DNA from: an uncultured Verrucomicrobiales bacterium
Lineage (GTDB): Bacteria; Verrucomicrobiota; Verrucomicrobiia; Verrucomicrobiales; Akkermansiaceae
NCBI GenBank assembly: GCA_937928425.1
Contig: CALFVL010000077.1
Location: forward strand, 24,448 to 88,447
Reading direction: 5' to 3'
DNA: 64,000 bases
Position numbers and translations under genes: made by a program. A model generated the notes under the pieces. The model was not told where the DNA came from and searched no databases. It worked only from the letters and a program-made list of their open reading frames with translations. Shown here piece by piece: positions 46,234 through 55,739 of this stretch (the stretch's first letter is position 1; the number at the start of each line of letters is the position of its first letter).

Positions 46234-47630
46234 AATTTTTCTGAATCGATAGACGGAGTGTCGCGAAGTTTTCTTTGTAGGGTGCGACGACTTATTCCGA
46301 GTAATTCTGCTGCTTTGGTCCGATTTTCATCAGTTTGATGCAGAGCTCTCTGAATGGTTCGTTGCTCAAGAGCATGCAAGTTGAATTCCTGCTCCGGAGC
46401 AAGGGTGTTTTTCTCTGATTGGTTTTCGAAGTGGTGCCCGCCGCGAGTGATAAAGTCAGGGAGGTGCTGCTGATCAAGGAGATCTTGGTTAGACATCACG
46501 ACGGCATGTTCAATAGCGGTGCGGAGTTCACGAACATTTCCGGGCCACTGGTAGGTCTTTAAGAGCTGGATGGCCTCTTCACTGAGTGGTTTTTCTGGCC
46601 GCTGATTTTCTTTGGCAAATTCTAGCAAGAACGAGTTGGCAAGGAGGACGATGTCTTCTCTACGCTCACGCAGTGGCGGCATCTCGATCCCCAGAACATT
46701 CAGGCGGAAGTAGAGATCCTCTCGGAAGCTTCCTTCCTTTACCATTTCAGCGAGTTTACGATTGGTCGCGGCAATGACCCTGACATCCACTTGGATGGGG
46801 GTGTTTGAGCCGACTCGCTCGATCGTGCGCTCGGAAAGGGCACGGAGGAGTTTGACCTGTGTTTGTGAGTCGATTTCGCCGATTTCATCCAGAAATAGGG
46901 TCCCTCCGTGGGCCTGCTCGAAGCGCCCGACTCGGCGTTGTGCTGCCCCCGTGAATGAACCCTTTTCGTGGCCGAAGAGCTCGCTTTCAAGAAGTTGGGA
47001 AGACAATGCCGCACAATTTACCGCCACAAATTTCTCTCCTGGACGGCCTGAGAGGTCATGCAGGGTGTGGGCCACCACTTCCTTACCAGTTCCAGATTCT
47101 CCCTGAATAAGGACGGTGGCGCGGGTAGGGGCAATTTGCTCAATTTTTGCGGCAAGTTTGGCCATTTGAGGTGATTTGCCAATGAGTCGTTCTAGTCCGT
47201 GAGAGGCCTTTGCTTTGCTTTCTCTTAGGGTCTCGTTTTCAGCAGTTAATTTTATATTCTCCTTCTCGAGCGAGCGGTTACGGACGGCGCGTTTTAGGAG
47301 TAATTCCACCTCGTCTAGATTGAGGGGTTTGGTGACGAAGTGCCAGGCTCCTCGGCGCATCGCCTCGACTGCGGTATCGACTGAGCCGTATGCTGTCATC
47401 ATCACTGCAACTGGGGGATTTTTTAGAGCAAGAGCGGCATCCAGCACTTCCATGCCAGAGTCTCCGCCTAAGCGGAGATCAGTGAGGAGGAGATCGACGT
47501 CCTCAGACTGAAGCACCTGATTTGCCTGCTTAAGGTCTGCGGCAAGATAACAGTCGAAGCTGTTTTCTAAGGCCATGCGGAGCGCATCACGAGTGGGTTT
47601 TTCGTCATCGACGATTAGGAGGGTTTTCAC
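46230..47630 (-). CDS. Sigma-54-dependent response regulator (NtrC/Fis family)
   Basis: 466 aa. The receiver has LIVDDE...LLLTDLRLGG. The AAA+ domain has GESGTGKE, ELFGHEKGSFTGA (GAFTGA-type loop) and LFLDEIGE. The C-terminal HTH is AAELLGISRRTLQRKL. Confidence 0.9.
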   Translation of the reverse strand: MKTLLIVDDEKPTRDALRMALENSFDCYLAADLKQANQVLQSEDVDLLLTDLRLGGDSGMEVLDAALALKNPPVAVMMTAYGSVDTAVEAMRRGAWHFVTKPLNLDEVELLLKRAVRNRSLEKENIKLTAENETLRESKAKASHGLERLIGKSPQMAKLAAKIEQIAPTRATVLIQGESGTGKEVVAHTLHDLSGRPGEKFVAVNCAALSSQLLESELFGHEKGSFTGAAQRRVGRFEQAHGGTLFLDEIGEIDSQTQVKLLRALSERTIERVGSNTPIQVDVRVIAATNRKLAEMVKEGSFREDLYFRLNVLGIEMPPLRERREDIVLLANSFLLEFAKENQRPEKPLSEEAIQLLKTYQWPGNVRELRTAIEHAVVMSNQDLLDQQHLPDFITRGGHHFENQSEKNTLAPEQEFNLHALEQRTIQRALHQTDENRTKAAELLGISRRTLQRKLRDTPSIDSEKL

Positions 47631-47642
47631 AGGTTTTAGAAT

Positions 47643-48809
47643 TTAAACTTCGATCGGGGGGCGGTCTTCGAGCATCCGCACACGTTTATCAGTTCGGGGG
47701 AGGTAAAGAGTGACGGTGGTGCCAACTCCATCCTCGCTCTCGACTTCTAGCTCACCTCCATGTTCACGTAAAATGCGCCGGACGATGAGCATGCCCAGTC
47801 CGGTTCCATCAGATTTCGTGGTTTGGAAGGGCTCAAACATTGATCCCATGGCCTCGGGTGAAATTCCTGAACCATTATCAGAGAGTGCCAATGTGACCTC
47901 GTAGTCTGTGACGCTGGTTTGAATAAGGATATGACCGTGGGGCGTGTTTACTGCTTGGTAAGCATTCCGGATGATGTTGTAGAGGGCTTGTTTAATCTGC
48001 GAGGCGTCGAGATCGAGCGAGGGAAGCTCAGGTGAGAGGTCTAATTTGACCTGGATTTCGCGGCTCTTAATCTCTGGGCTGAGGGCATCTAGGCTTTCTT
48101 CGAGGAGCTCGTGGAGCCTAGTGGGGGCCCGCTCGGGTTTAGTGGGCCGCATTGCTTGTAAGAACTGCTTTAGAATGGTGTCGAGTCTTGCGATTTCACT
48201 CTGAGCGGTGTGGAGGTGGCTGGAGAGAGGTTCTTGGTCACCTTGTGGAAGATCACGGATCTTACGTTCAAGTAGTTGTAGATGAAGTGAGAGTGAGTTG
48301 AGAGGATTACCGATTTCGTGAGCGACTCCAGCTGCGAGGAGGGTGAGGGCATTGAGCTTCTCAGATTCCATCTCTTTCTCGGCCTCACGCCGAGAGCGGG
48401 TGACATCCCGAACGAGCATGACGTGGCCTAGGCCTGCTTCATCCTCTTCGGCGATGGGAGAGAGATAGAAATTCAGGTAGCGATTCTCGGGGTAAAAGAC
48501 CTCTAAATCCCTGCTCACGGTGCTCCGATTTGACTGCATGAGTGCAGACCAGTCGACCCCTCGGACGATCTCGTTCAGGGGTTTACCCTGTGCTTCTTCA
48601 GGACTGGTGCCAAAGAAACGGCAGCCTGCATGATTGATAAAACTAATGCCGCCTGAGGCATCAAGCAGGAGAACTCCTTCTTGCAAAGCCTCGAAGACTT
48701 TTTGCAAAAAACCCTTCTCTCGTACTAGGCGTGAGAGTAAGGCCTGCACCTCTTCTGGCTCGATCTGATCGAGGCGGGAAAGGATTTTCTCTAGGACGGC
48801 GGACTTCAA
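47643..48809 (-). CDS. PAS-domain sensor histidine kinase (NtrB-like, cytoplasmic)
   Basis: 388 aa. Contains the H-box AAGVAHEIGNPLN, N-box IIRNAYQA, G1 DNGSGI and G2 GTGLGM. I see no TM segments. Confidence 0.85.
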   Translation of the reverse strand: MKSAVLEKILSRLDQIEPEEVQALLSRLVREKGFLQKVFEALQEGVLLLDASGGISFINHAGCRFFGTSPEEAQGKPLNEIVRGVDWSALMQSNRSTVSRDLEVFYPENRYLNFYLSPIAEEDEAGLGHVMLVRDVTRSRREAEKEMESEKLNALTLLAAGVAHEIGNPLNSLSLHLQLLERKIRDLPQGDQEPLSSHLHTAQSEIARLDTILKQFLQAMRPTKPERAPTRLHELLEESLDALSPEIKSREIQVKLDLSPELPSLDLDASQIKQALYNIIRNAYQAVNTPHGHILIQTSVTDYEVTLALSDNGSGISPEAMGSMFEPFQTTKSDGTGLGMLIVRRILREHGGELEVESEDGVGTTVTLYLPRTDKRVRMLEDRPPIEV

Positions 48810-48939
48810 GACCGCGACAGATTGGCACGGTAAGTGAGAGCATGCAACCCAAGGCTTCTTCTTATCCTTTAGTTTTTATGGGATGTGAATTTACTCTTGC
48901 TGATCAGTCTCTCTCACTCTTTTAGCGAAGCAGGAGTTT

Positions 48940-49713
48940 TTAGAGATCGTTACGGGTGATCTGGTATTTTTTCGCACAGCGTGGGCACTGGAGATTAAGG
49001 GTCTGTTTTTCTCCAAAGAGTTCCTCTGGTTTGTCCTTCCAAGCACTGAGAGTGGGGAGGATTTTTTCAAGTGAACAACCGCAGGAGAATCGAAATTTTC
49101 GAGTTTCGAGCACTTTGCTTTGCTCACGATCTAGAAGCTCGCAGACGGACTCGGTGCTGAGGTTTTCTAGCCATTCTTGGTCGAAGTCAGGCTGGGCTGC
49201 GATGAGGGCGTAGTGGTCATCAGGGAGGCGGAAGGCCCGTCCGGGGCGTTGTTCTGACTGTTGATAAAATTGGTTAATCCACTGGAGAGGGTCACTAGTT
49301 TCGACCTCGATGGTGGAGTTCCGAGGCTTATTCCCAGGCGTGCTGGTCTGGGAGTAGAGGAAGTTACGGTCGGGCTCGCGAACATCCGTGGTAAAGAGGC
49401 GGCCGGTGATGTATTCATGGACGGAGGAGCCAGTGGCGAAGAAGTTGACGCGGGGAGCGCGGAGGTTAGCCGTCCAAGCGATGGTCTCAGCCCATGGACG
49501 GGCGACGAGATGGAGACTGAGCACGGCGAGGAGATCCTTGAGTGGGGTATCGAGATTTTCAGGGTGCCGCTCGTTAATGTCCATGAGGTGGAGGTAATAA
49601 TCCGTGAAAATTGGTGTGAAGTCTGCCCGGATCATGAGGCAGTTACGCTGGCGGATGAAGATCGATTCAATTTTGGTGAATTCGGCGACAGGTTCTGTTG
49701 GGAAGTCAGGCAT
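48940..49713 (-). CDS. hslO: Hsp33-family redox-regulated chaperone (divergent)
   Basis: 257 aa. FYQQSEQRPGRAFRL aligns with E. coli Hsp33 YFMRSEQLPTRLFI. The C-terminal zinc centre FSCGCS...(28 aa)...CPRCAKKY matches CxC...CxxC. Confidence 0.65.
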   Translation of the reverse strand: MPDFPTEPVAEFTKIESIFIRQRNCLMIRADFTPIFTDYYLHLMDINERHPENLDTPLKDLLAVLSLHLVARPWAETIAWTANLRAPRVNFFATGSSVHEYITGRLFTTDVREPDRNFLYSQTSTPGNKPRNSTIEVETSDPLQWINQFYQQSEQRPGRAFRLPDDHYALIAAQPDFDQEWLENLSTESVCELLDREQSKVLETRKFRFSCGCSLEKILPTLSAWKDKPEELFGEKQTLNLQCPRCAKKYQITRNDL

Positions 49714-49748
49714 TGTGTGAATTTAAATTAAAGGAGGCGATTTGAGCA

Positions 49749-50555
49749 TTACTCGGCTTCATTGGCTAGTCTCTCACGGCTGGTGGCGAGGTATTCGGAG
49801 TCGATGTCGAAGCCGGTGAAGCGGGGAATTCCCATTCTCTGGGCCGCAAGGGCTGAGGAGCCGATTCCGGAGAAAGGGTCGAGAAGGTGAGTGGTCTTTT
49901 CCTGACCATGAAGGCGGATGCACTGTTCTACGAGAGCCACGGGGAAGGTAGCAGGGTGGGGGCGTTCTTTCTTGCGAGATTGAATCGTGTCGTAGGGGAT
50001 GAACCAGTTATTTCCTCGGCAGCGTTTATCCTCCCCTCCGGTGTGCCCCCAGCGGGTGATGTTTGATTTGTCAGCGTATTCGACTCCGGCAGCTCGGCGT
50101 GCCAAAGGAACATTCCCAGACTTGGTAAGATGGAAGAGGTATTCGTGGCAGTCGTTGACGTAGCGCCTTGAGTTCAGTGGTTTAAAATGCCCTACTGAGA
50201 TGGTTCCGCTTTTTTTCGTTTCTACGGAGATCGATTTGATCCAGTGGAAGGTGTTTTGCAGGGTGAACTCTGGGGTGGATTCGCAGAGTGCTAAGACGAG
50301 CTGATGTGGGAGGAGAGGGTCTGAGGGAGAGGCGCCGACGTTGAGAAAAAAGGAGGCTTCATCGTTCATGACTCGTTTGACCTCTAGAGCCCATTTCTGG
50401 CACCATTGGATGAATGAGGAGCGGTCAGAGTTGTCATTGTAGGTACCGTAGTCGATGCCGATGTTATAGGGTGGAGAGGTGACGACGAGATCGATAGAGC
50501 CCGCAGGTAAGTTCCGCATTCCGCTAAGGCAGTCGGAGTGGATGAGCTCGATCAT
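49749..50555 (-). CDS. Beta-class N4/N6 DNA methyltransferase (SPPY catalytic motif, N4-cytosine type suspected)
   Basis: 268 aa. The catalytic motif IV DLVVTSPPYN is N-terminal and the AdoMet motif I LLDPFSGIGSSALAA is C-terminal, i.e. beta-class order. HPATFPVAL precedes motif I. Confidence 0.8.
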   Translation of the reverse strand: MIELIHSDCLSGMRNLPAGSIDLVVTSPPYNIGIDYGTYNDNSDRSSFIQWCQKWALEVKRVMNDEASFFLNVGASPSDPLLPHQLVLALCESTPEFTLQNTFHWIKSISVETKKSGTISVGHFKPLNSRRYVNDCHEYLFHLTKSGNVPLARRAAGVEYADKSNITRWGHTGGEDKRCRGNNWFIPYDTIQSRKKERPHPATFPVALVEQCIRLHGQEKTTHLLDPFSGIGSSALAAQRMGIPRFTGFDIDSEYLATSRERLANEAE

Positions 50556-50838
50556 GGGGGGAGTTTCATCGCGATGTCATAGGAAGGAAAGATTTGATAT
50601 GCCGAATTGTGAGCGCCGAGCTCAGGTCCAGCGAGTGAGCAAAAGCTGCCAGCGGTGGCACTGAGTGCAGTGTTTTTAGGGAGTTTAGGTCATCTTACCG
50701 GCATTCACGTTTTCGGTCATCACTAAGGGGTGAAGTGGGAAGAGTCTCTGCCGCCTGTAGATGCCCAGTCATGAATTATTCGAGTGGATGAAGAAAATCT
50801 TCCGCTAAGCGTTAAGGCTGCGTTACTCTCAGCCGCAG

Positions 50839-52203
50839 ATGAACTTTTCTCAGCCGGGCTTTTGGCTCAGCCTTCTGCTCGGGCTGTTCTGCATTACCTT
50901 GATCCTTCGTTTCAGAAGATGGGCACTGCTGGATCGTGGACTCTTAGCGCTCTTGAGTCTGAGTCTGTTGGGGCTGGAGAGTGGCTTGACTCTTGGGGTC
51001 TTTCTCTTTGTGTTCGGCGTGACTTATTTAGCCCTAGTGCGTGGGGTGAGTTCTAGGTTCTCAGTGGGAGTGGTGGTGATTCTCCAATTCACCCCTTTGG
51101 TGTTTTACAAATATGCACCCTTCCTGAGTTCGCAGATCATGGGAGCTGTTCCGAGTTTACTTGGAGATCTGGTGATTCCGGTGGGGCTTTCATTTTATAG
51201 TTTTCAGATGGTGGGCTTAGTCATTGATACGGTGAAGGGGCGGGAGAAACTCCCTTCATTTTTAGACTGCCTAAACTTCGCGTCTTTTTTTCCCCAGATT
51301 GTCGCTGGGCCGATTGAGCGCCGAAGTGACTTGCTCCCACAGGTGAGGGACTTTCGCTTTAAGTTAGATTGGGAAGCGATCGAGTATGGACTGCGTTGGA
51401 TCGTGCTAGGGCTTTTTATGAAGCTTATTTTAGCGGAGAATATTGCCGCTGAGTCAGCCGCCGTGGTGATTGATGTGGGGAATCCTTTCTTAGTTGGCTT
51501 AGAGTGTCTCTTTTTCTCATTCCGTATTTATAATGACTTTGCGGGTTATAGTTTTATCGCTTACGGACTAGCTTATGGTCTGGGGATTAAACTAACATTG
51601 AATTTTTTGAGCCCGTATTGGACTAATAATTTCCGTGACTTTTGGCGTCATTGGCATGTTTCGCTCAGCCAGTGGTTTCGTGACTATCTCTACATTCCTT
51701 TGGGAGGGAATCGCTCCTCTTGGCGCCCGGCACTCCTCCTTTTAGTTTTTGCAGTCTCAGGAGTCTGGCATGGAGCTGGTTGGAACTTTGTGCTATGGGG
51801 TCTGTTCCATGGGCTTTTAATCTTACTTCCCCCTTGGTCACGCTTTGGCCTCCCTAAGTCGCTGGCTTGGGTGCTTCATCTGGCTTTAGTTGCATTGAGT
51901 TGGCTTTTCTTTTTTGAGCGAGATAGCAGCGTTCTTTTTGAGAAATTAGGGACTCTGTTTAATCCGTTTTCTTACACCCTTGTGCACCTCGAGGCCGTCC
52001 TAGCAGCCTTTCCTAGTAAGAGTGCGCTGGTCGTCTCCGCTGGAATTCTCGGACTCTGTAGCATGATGATCGCACTTGAGGGGCTTAGCTTGAAAAAGCC
52101 TTATGCTCTCCTCACCCATCGAGTTTCTTGCCTGATCATGATCGTGATGATCTATCTTTTCCAGCCTACCACTTACCATGAGTTCATCTACTTTAATTTC
52201 TAG
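50839..52203 (+). CDS. MBOAT-family membrane O-acyltransferase (AlgI/DltB/PatA-like)
   Basis: 454 aa, polytopic. FWRHWHVSLSQWFRDYLYIPLGGNR contains the conserved MBOAT His region, and GVWHGAGWNFVLWG also fits. An in-frame stop at 50806-50808 prevents a longer N-terminus. Confidence 0.85.
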   Translation: MNFSQPGFWLSLLLGLFCITLILRFRRWALLDRGLLALLSLSLLGLESGLTLGVFLFVFGVTYLALVRGVSSRFSVGVVVILQFTPLVFYKYAPFLSSQIMGAVPSLLGDLVIPVGLSFYSFQMVGLVIDTVKGREKLPSFLDCLNFASFFPQIVAGPIERRSDLLPQVRDFRFKLDWEAIEYGLRWIVLGLFMKLILAENIAAESAAVVIDVGNPFLVGLECLFFSFRIYNDFAGYSFIAYGLAYGLGIKLTLNFLSPYWTNNFRDFWRHWHVSLSQWFRDYLYIPLGGNRSSWRPALLLLVFAVSGVWHGAGWNFVLWGLFHGLLILLPPWSRFGLPKSLAWVLHLALVALSWLFFFERDSSVLFEKLGTLFNPFSYTLVHLEAVLAAFPSKSALVVSAGILGLCSMMIALEGLSLKKPYALLTHRVSCLIMIVMIYLFQPTTYHEFIYFNF

Positions 52204-53125
52204 GCGCTGGCTGTGGGCCTACCTAATTGCCCTTGTGTGTTCGATCGCGGTGGGGTGGATCTATGCGAGGTATTTCGAGCCGGAGACTCGTTTCTGGCTG
52301 GCCGCGTTTCAGGAACGGCGCGAGGAATTAGGAAGAGAGACAGCGAAGTTTAAAGTAATTTTTACTGGGGATTCTTCCTGCTCGTTTGGGATAGATGCCA
52401 CGCGGTTTACAGAGGCAAGCGGACAAGCGAGTTATAATTTAGGAGGAACGCGGCAGATGGGGATGCGGGTTTTTATGGATGAAAGCCTGAAGCATGCACA
52501 GCGAGGAGACCTGCTTGTCCTCATTGCTAACCCAACCTTATTTGTCAGTGAGGCTAAGGCGCAACAAAGGTATTCTAAGGCGGGCGCGCGTATGGCCTTA
52601 GCCTTGAATGAAGGGCTCAAGGTGGCAGAATTTATCGAAGCAACGCGCCCAGGCTTTAATCACCTGATGAGCCTCGGGGGGAAATTCGCCTTGAGGATGC
52701 CGAGCTTCCGTTATGGCACTGGTGACCGGAGGGCGAGAGGGCTGATCGTAACTTCAGGGAGAGACCACCCAGAGCCGACGAGTGAAAGCTTTGAGATAAC
52801 GGGGCCAGAATTAGCGGAGGTTAAAGAAGTCCTGCGAGCTTGGGGGAAATGTTGTGCAGAGAAGGGCGTGAACTTGTGCTACCTTCTCCCGATTGAGCTG
52901 ACGGATTCCTCGCTTTTAGAAAAAAACCGTGAGGCGAAGGAGGAGTTTCTAAACGAGCTAGAAAAAACACTGAGTGGGGTGCGCATTCTTAGGACTGCAA
53001 GAATGGGCTGCTCAGATGAGGAGGAGTTGTTTGCCGACACCTTGTTTCATTTTACCCAAGAAGGCGCCACGGACTTTACTGAGCGCTTGCTACCAGTTTT
53101 GGAGGAGCACATGCAGAGGTTCTAA
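52178..53125 (+). CDS. Hypothetical protein, possible SGNH/GDS-type partner of the MBOAT enzyme
   Basis: 315 aa with an N-terminal TM (RRWLWAYLIALVCSIAVGWIY). KVIFTGDSSCSFGIDA resembles SGNH block I. It overlaps the MBOAT 3' end by 26 nt. Confidence 0.35.
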   Translation: MSSSTLISRRWLWAYLIALVCSIAVGWIYARYFEPETRFWLAAFQERREELGRETAKFKVIFTGDSSCSFGIDATRFTEASGQASYNLGGTRQMGMRVFMDESLKHAQRGDLLVLIANPTLFVSEAKAQQRYSKAGARMALALNEGLKVAEFIEATRPGFNHLMSLGGKFALRMPSFRYGTGDRRARGLIVTSGRDHPEPTSESFEITGPELAEVKEVLRAWGKCCAEKGVNLCYLLPIELTDSSLLEKNREAKEEFLNELEKTLSGVRILRTARMGCSDEEELFADTLFHFTQEGATDFTERLLPVLEEHMQRF

Positions 53126-55641
53126 CCCCTCGGTGAGACTGTCACAATATTGGCTTTTTCTTTAGTGAATAGTTCCTGCGCGAGTTCGTGAATCTCCGTG
53201 GAGGTGACCGAATGGAGGCGCGCACTTTGCGTGAGATGCTGGTCGGCACTTTGACCGAGGAGGACATCGATTGCCGCCATACTAGCGCGGTTCGAGGGAC
53301 TTTGATTTCTAAGTGCCTCGCTGGCTTCTGTATTCGCCTTAACTCGCGCTAAGGCCTCAGAGGGGATACCGTGGGTGACAAGCTTATCGATTTCACCCTG
53401 AAGTTCCTGCCGAGCGAGCTTAAGTTGATCAGGTGCAGTTCCGAGGTAAAAGGCAAAGAGGCCAGTATTCAGCCCAAGAAATTGTGAGGTGCTCACATAG
53501 TAGGCGAGGCCAAGTTCTTCACGGATACGAGTGAAGAGAGGGCCCGCCATGTCTGAGCAGTACGCGTCTATCAGCTCCAGCGCGAAACGCCGTGGGTCAT
53601 CTTGCGCGAGACCAGGAAATCCAATCGCTAAAACGGCTTGCTCCTTATCTAGAGTGAGAGTGTGCTCACCTGCTTGTGCAGCTAGTTTTCTCGGAAAATC
53701 GGGAGCGGAACCTACGGGAAGTTTTCCTAGAGAATTTTCAAGGGCTAAAATGGTTTGCTCTGGATCGAGATCACCAAAGAAGGCGCAAACGAGATTAGCC
53801 CCAGTGAAATAGCGGCTGTGTTGAGCTCTGATTGTCGCCTGATCAATTGTATTTAAAGAAGCGGCACTCCCAGAGGTTGGGATTCCGTAGCCTTGACCAT
53901 CCCATAACTGTGATCGCATTTCACGAAAGGCCCGACTGGCGGGATCTTCAAGAAGTTCCTTAAGGCTAGAAATCATAGCGCCTCGCTCGCGCTCGATTGC
54001 ATCTGTCGGAAAGCTAGGTTCGCAGATGACCTCACCGAGAAGTTCGATGATGGTGGGGAGATCCTCGCGCAGACAGTATGAGGAGAGTGTTAAGGTATTA
54101 TTACCAACAGAAGCACGGAGGCTGGCTCCAAGGTCTTCTAGCGTCTCGGCGATCTGGAGCGCATCTTGGGAAGTCGTGCCCTTAGTAAGGACGCGGGAGA
54201 GGAGACTATTCAAGCCTGCACTCTCAGGTGTTTCAGAAAGGCTACCGGAGAGAAGTGCGCTTTGGCTATAGACGACAGGGACACTAGGGTCACGTTGTAG
54301 GATGATTCGGACTCCGTTAGAGAGCTGGTGTTCGATGAGTGGACCCTTTTGAGAAGGGGCTTTACTTAGGGTGTTCTGAGAAGAGGAGTCCTCTGGAATA
54401 AGGCTGGTAACACTGAGGTTTTCTGGAGTGAGGTACGTCTCGGAAACTCGGTGGAGATCGTCCCTCGTAAGCTGAGACAGTTTCTCAAGAGCACTGCGTG
54501 TGTAGTTTAGATCGCGAGCGCCGTGCCAGTTCGAGGCTAGATCAGAAGCGCGTCCTGACGCCGTCGTTAAAGTTTTAAACTGTTGCGAAGCGATCTGGCG
54601 GAAGGCCCGCGGAATAGCCCGTGTGAGATCCGCTCGGCAAAGAAGTGAAATTTGTTCAATGATCTCATCTTCTACGAGTTCCGCCTTATCAGCTTCCACC
54701 TCAGCGTAGGCAGTGAAGATACCGGGGCCGACACTGGGCATCCAAGTGTAAGCACCGATAGAATGTGCAAGGTTTTTCTCTTCACGAATCGTCCGGTAGA
54801 GAGGGGAAGATTGACCTCCTCCGAGGACGACTGAGAGGAGTTCTAGTGCAGGTGAGTCGGGATGAGTCAGGCCTGGAATTTGCCAGGTGAGGCTAAGGTG
54901 AGTGCTGGGAATGGCGAAGGGAAGCTGTGCTCGGCGAGGTCCCATCTGGCGGGGTTCCTCGGGAGAAAAGATGGGGAAAGCTGCAGGAGGGCGAAGCCCT
55001 TTAGCCAGTTCACGAGTGATGATCTCACGTGCCTGACTAAGATCAAACCCACCTGAGAGGACGAGGAAAGAATGCTGGGGGCGGTATCTCGCGGCGTGGT
55101 AATTCTTCATCTCTTCATAAGTGATAGCATCGAAGAGGTCGCGGTGGCCGATGACAGGGTGGCGGCGGTGATCATGCTGAAAACTCGTGCGAAAGAGGAG
55201 CTGGGAAGCTACGGAGTCAGGATCGTCTAACCCCATCGCGATTTCCCGGCGGATCACATCCTTTTCCCTTTCATATTCCCCTTCAGGGAAGCTCGGGCGG
55301 AAGACCATCTCGATGAGTGCAGACAGGAAGAGATCCAGAGATTTACTAGGCCCATCGATGTAGTAAACGGTACGGTCGAAGCTCGTGTAAGCATTCCACT
55401 GCCCACCAGCGGCCTGCACCTCTTTAGAAAGAGCCTCACCGGTGAAGCGATCAGTCCCTTTAAAGACCATGTGCTCTAGGAGATGAGAAATTCCTGATCC
55501 GGCTAGGGCACTTTCATGCTGAGAACCGGTCTCCACCCAGATCTGAGCGCTGATGACTGGAGAGTTCTCAATCGGGTCAAAAATGCTATCAAAGTCGTGA
55601 CTGAGCGTCTCTATCTGAGCCGAGCTGGCAGGAAATTCCAT
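53122..55641 (-). CDS. M16 (pitrilysin/insulinase) family zinc peptidase, duplicated M16 module
   Basis: 839 aa. Has the HxxEH zinc motif in GISHLLEHMVFKGT. The length fits two tandem M16 active/inactive domain pairs. Confidence 0.85.
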   Translation of the reverse strand: MEFPASSAQIETLSHDFDSIFDPIENSPVISAQIWVETGSQHESALAGSGISHLLEHMVFKGTDRFTGEALSKEVQAAGGQWNAYTSFDRTVYYIDGPSKSLDLFLSALIEMVFRPSFPEGEYEREKDVIRREIAMGLDDPDSVASQLLFRTSFQHDHRRHPVIGHRDLFDAITYEEMKNYHAARYRPQHSFLVLSGGFDLSQAREIITRELAKGLRPPAAFPIFSPEEPRQMGPRRAQLPFAIPSTHLSLTWQIPGLTHPDSPALELLSVVLGGGQSSPLYRTIREEKNLAHSIGAYTWMPSVGPGIFTAYAEVEADKAELVEDEIIEQISLLCRADLTRAIPRAFRQIASQQFKTLTTASGRASDLASNWHGARDLNYTRSALEKLSQLTRDDLHRVSETYLTPENLSVTSLIPEDSSSQNTLSKAPSQKGPLIEHQLSNGVRIILQRDPSVPVVYSQSALLSGSLSETPESAGLNSLLSRVLTKGTTSQDALQIAETLEDLGASLRASVGNNTLTLSSYCLREDLPTIIELLGEVICEPSFPTDAIERERGAMISSLKELLEDPASRAFREMRSQLWDGQGYGIPTSGSAASLNTIDQATIRAQHSRYFTGANLVCAFFGDLDPEQTILALENSLGKLPVGSAPDFPRKLAAQAGEHTLTLDKEQAVLAIGFPGLAQDDPRRFALELIDAYCSDMAGPLFTRIREELGLAYYVSTSQFLGLNTGLFAFYLGTAPDQLKLARQELQGEIDKLVTHGIPSEALARVKANTEASEALRNQSPSNRASMAAIDVLLGQSADQHLTQSARLHSVTSTEIHELAQELFTKEKANIVTVSPRG

Positions 55642-55739
55642 GACTTAGGACGGTGGGGGAGAGCTGCAAGTGAGGCAAGAACTTTGCTTTGCTGGAAAAA
55701 GTTCCTGACCTCGCGGGTAAGAAATGATAACTCAACTCC

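Noticed and set aside
48823-48840. TGGCAC element that might be a sigma-54 promoter near the NtrB/NtrC genes
   Set aside because: After TGGCAC the sequence is GGTAAGTGA, so there is no TTGC/GC element at the required GG-N10-GC spacing. It is also on the plus strand, pointing into the 3' end of hslO.
48810-48939. Long-range complementarity (agtgagag near 48833 and ctctcact near 48911 on the plus strand) in the hslO / histidine-kinase intergenic region as a possible structured RNA
   Set aside because: It is a single 8-bp pairing ~70 nt apart with no supporting helices or terminator-like U-tract. That is insufficient to call an ncRNA.
50656-50677. TGGCACTGAGTGCAGTG in the methylase/MBOAT intergenic region, either as a sigma-54 promoter or as a hairpin+T5 terminator
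   Set aside because: The GG-to-GC spacing is 2 nt shorter than the -24/-12 consensus. The hairpin has only a 5-bp stem (cactg/cagtg), and no plus-strand gene ends upstream of it, so a terminator role makes no sense.
50784-51056. Alternative 90-aa ORF overlapping the 5' end of the MBOAT gene
   Set aside because: It is in a different frame from the MBOAT ORF, which has the typical hydrophobic MBOAT N-terminus from ATG 50839. There is no independent support.
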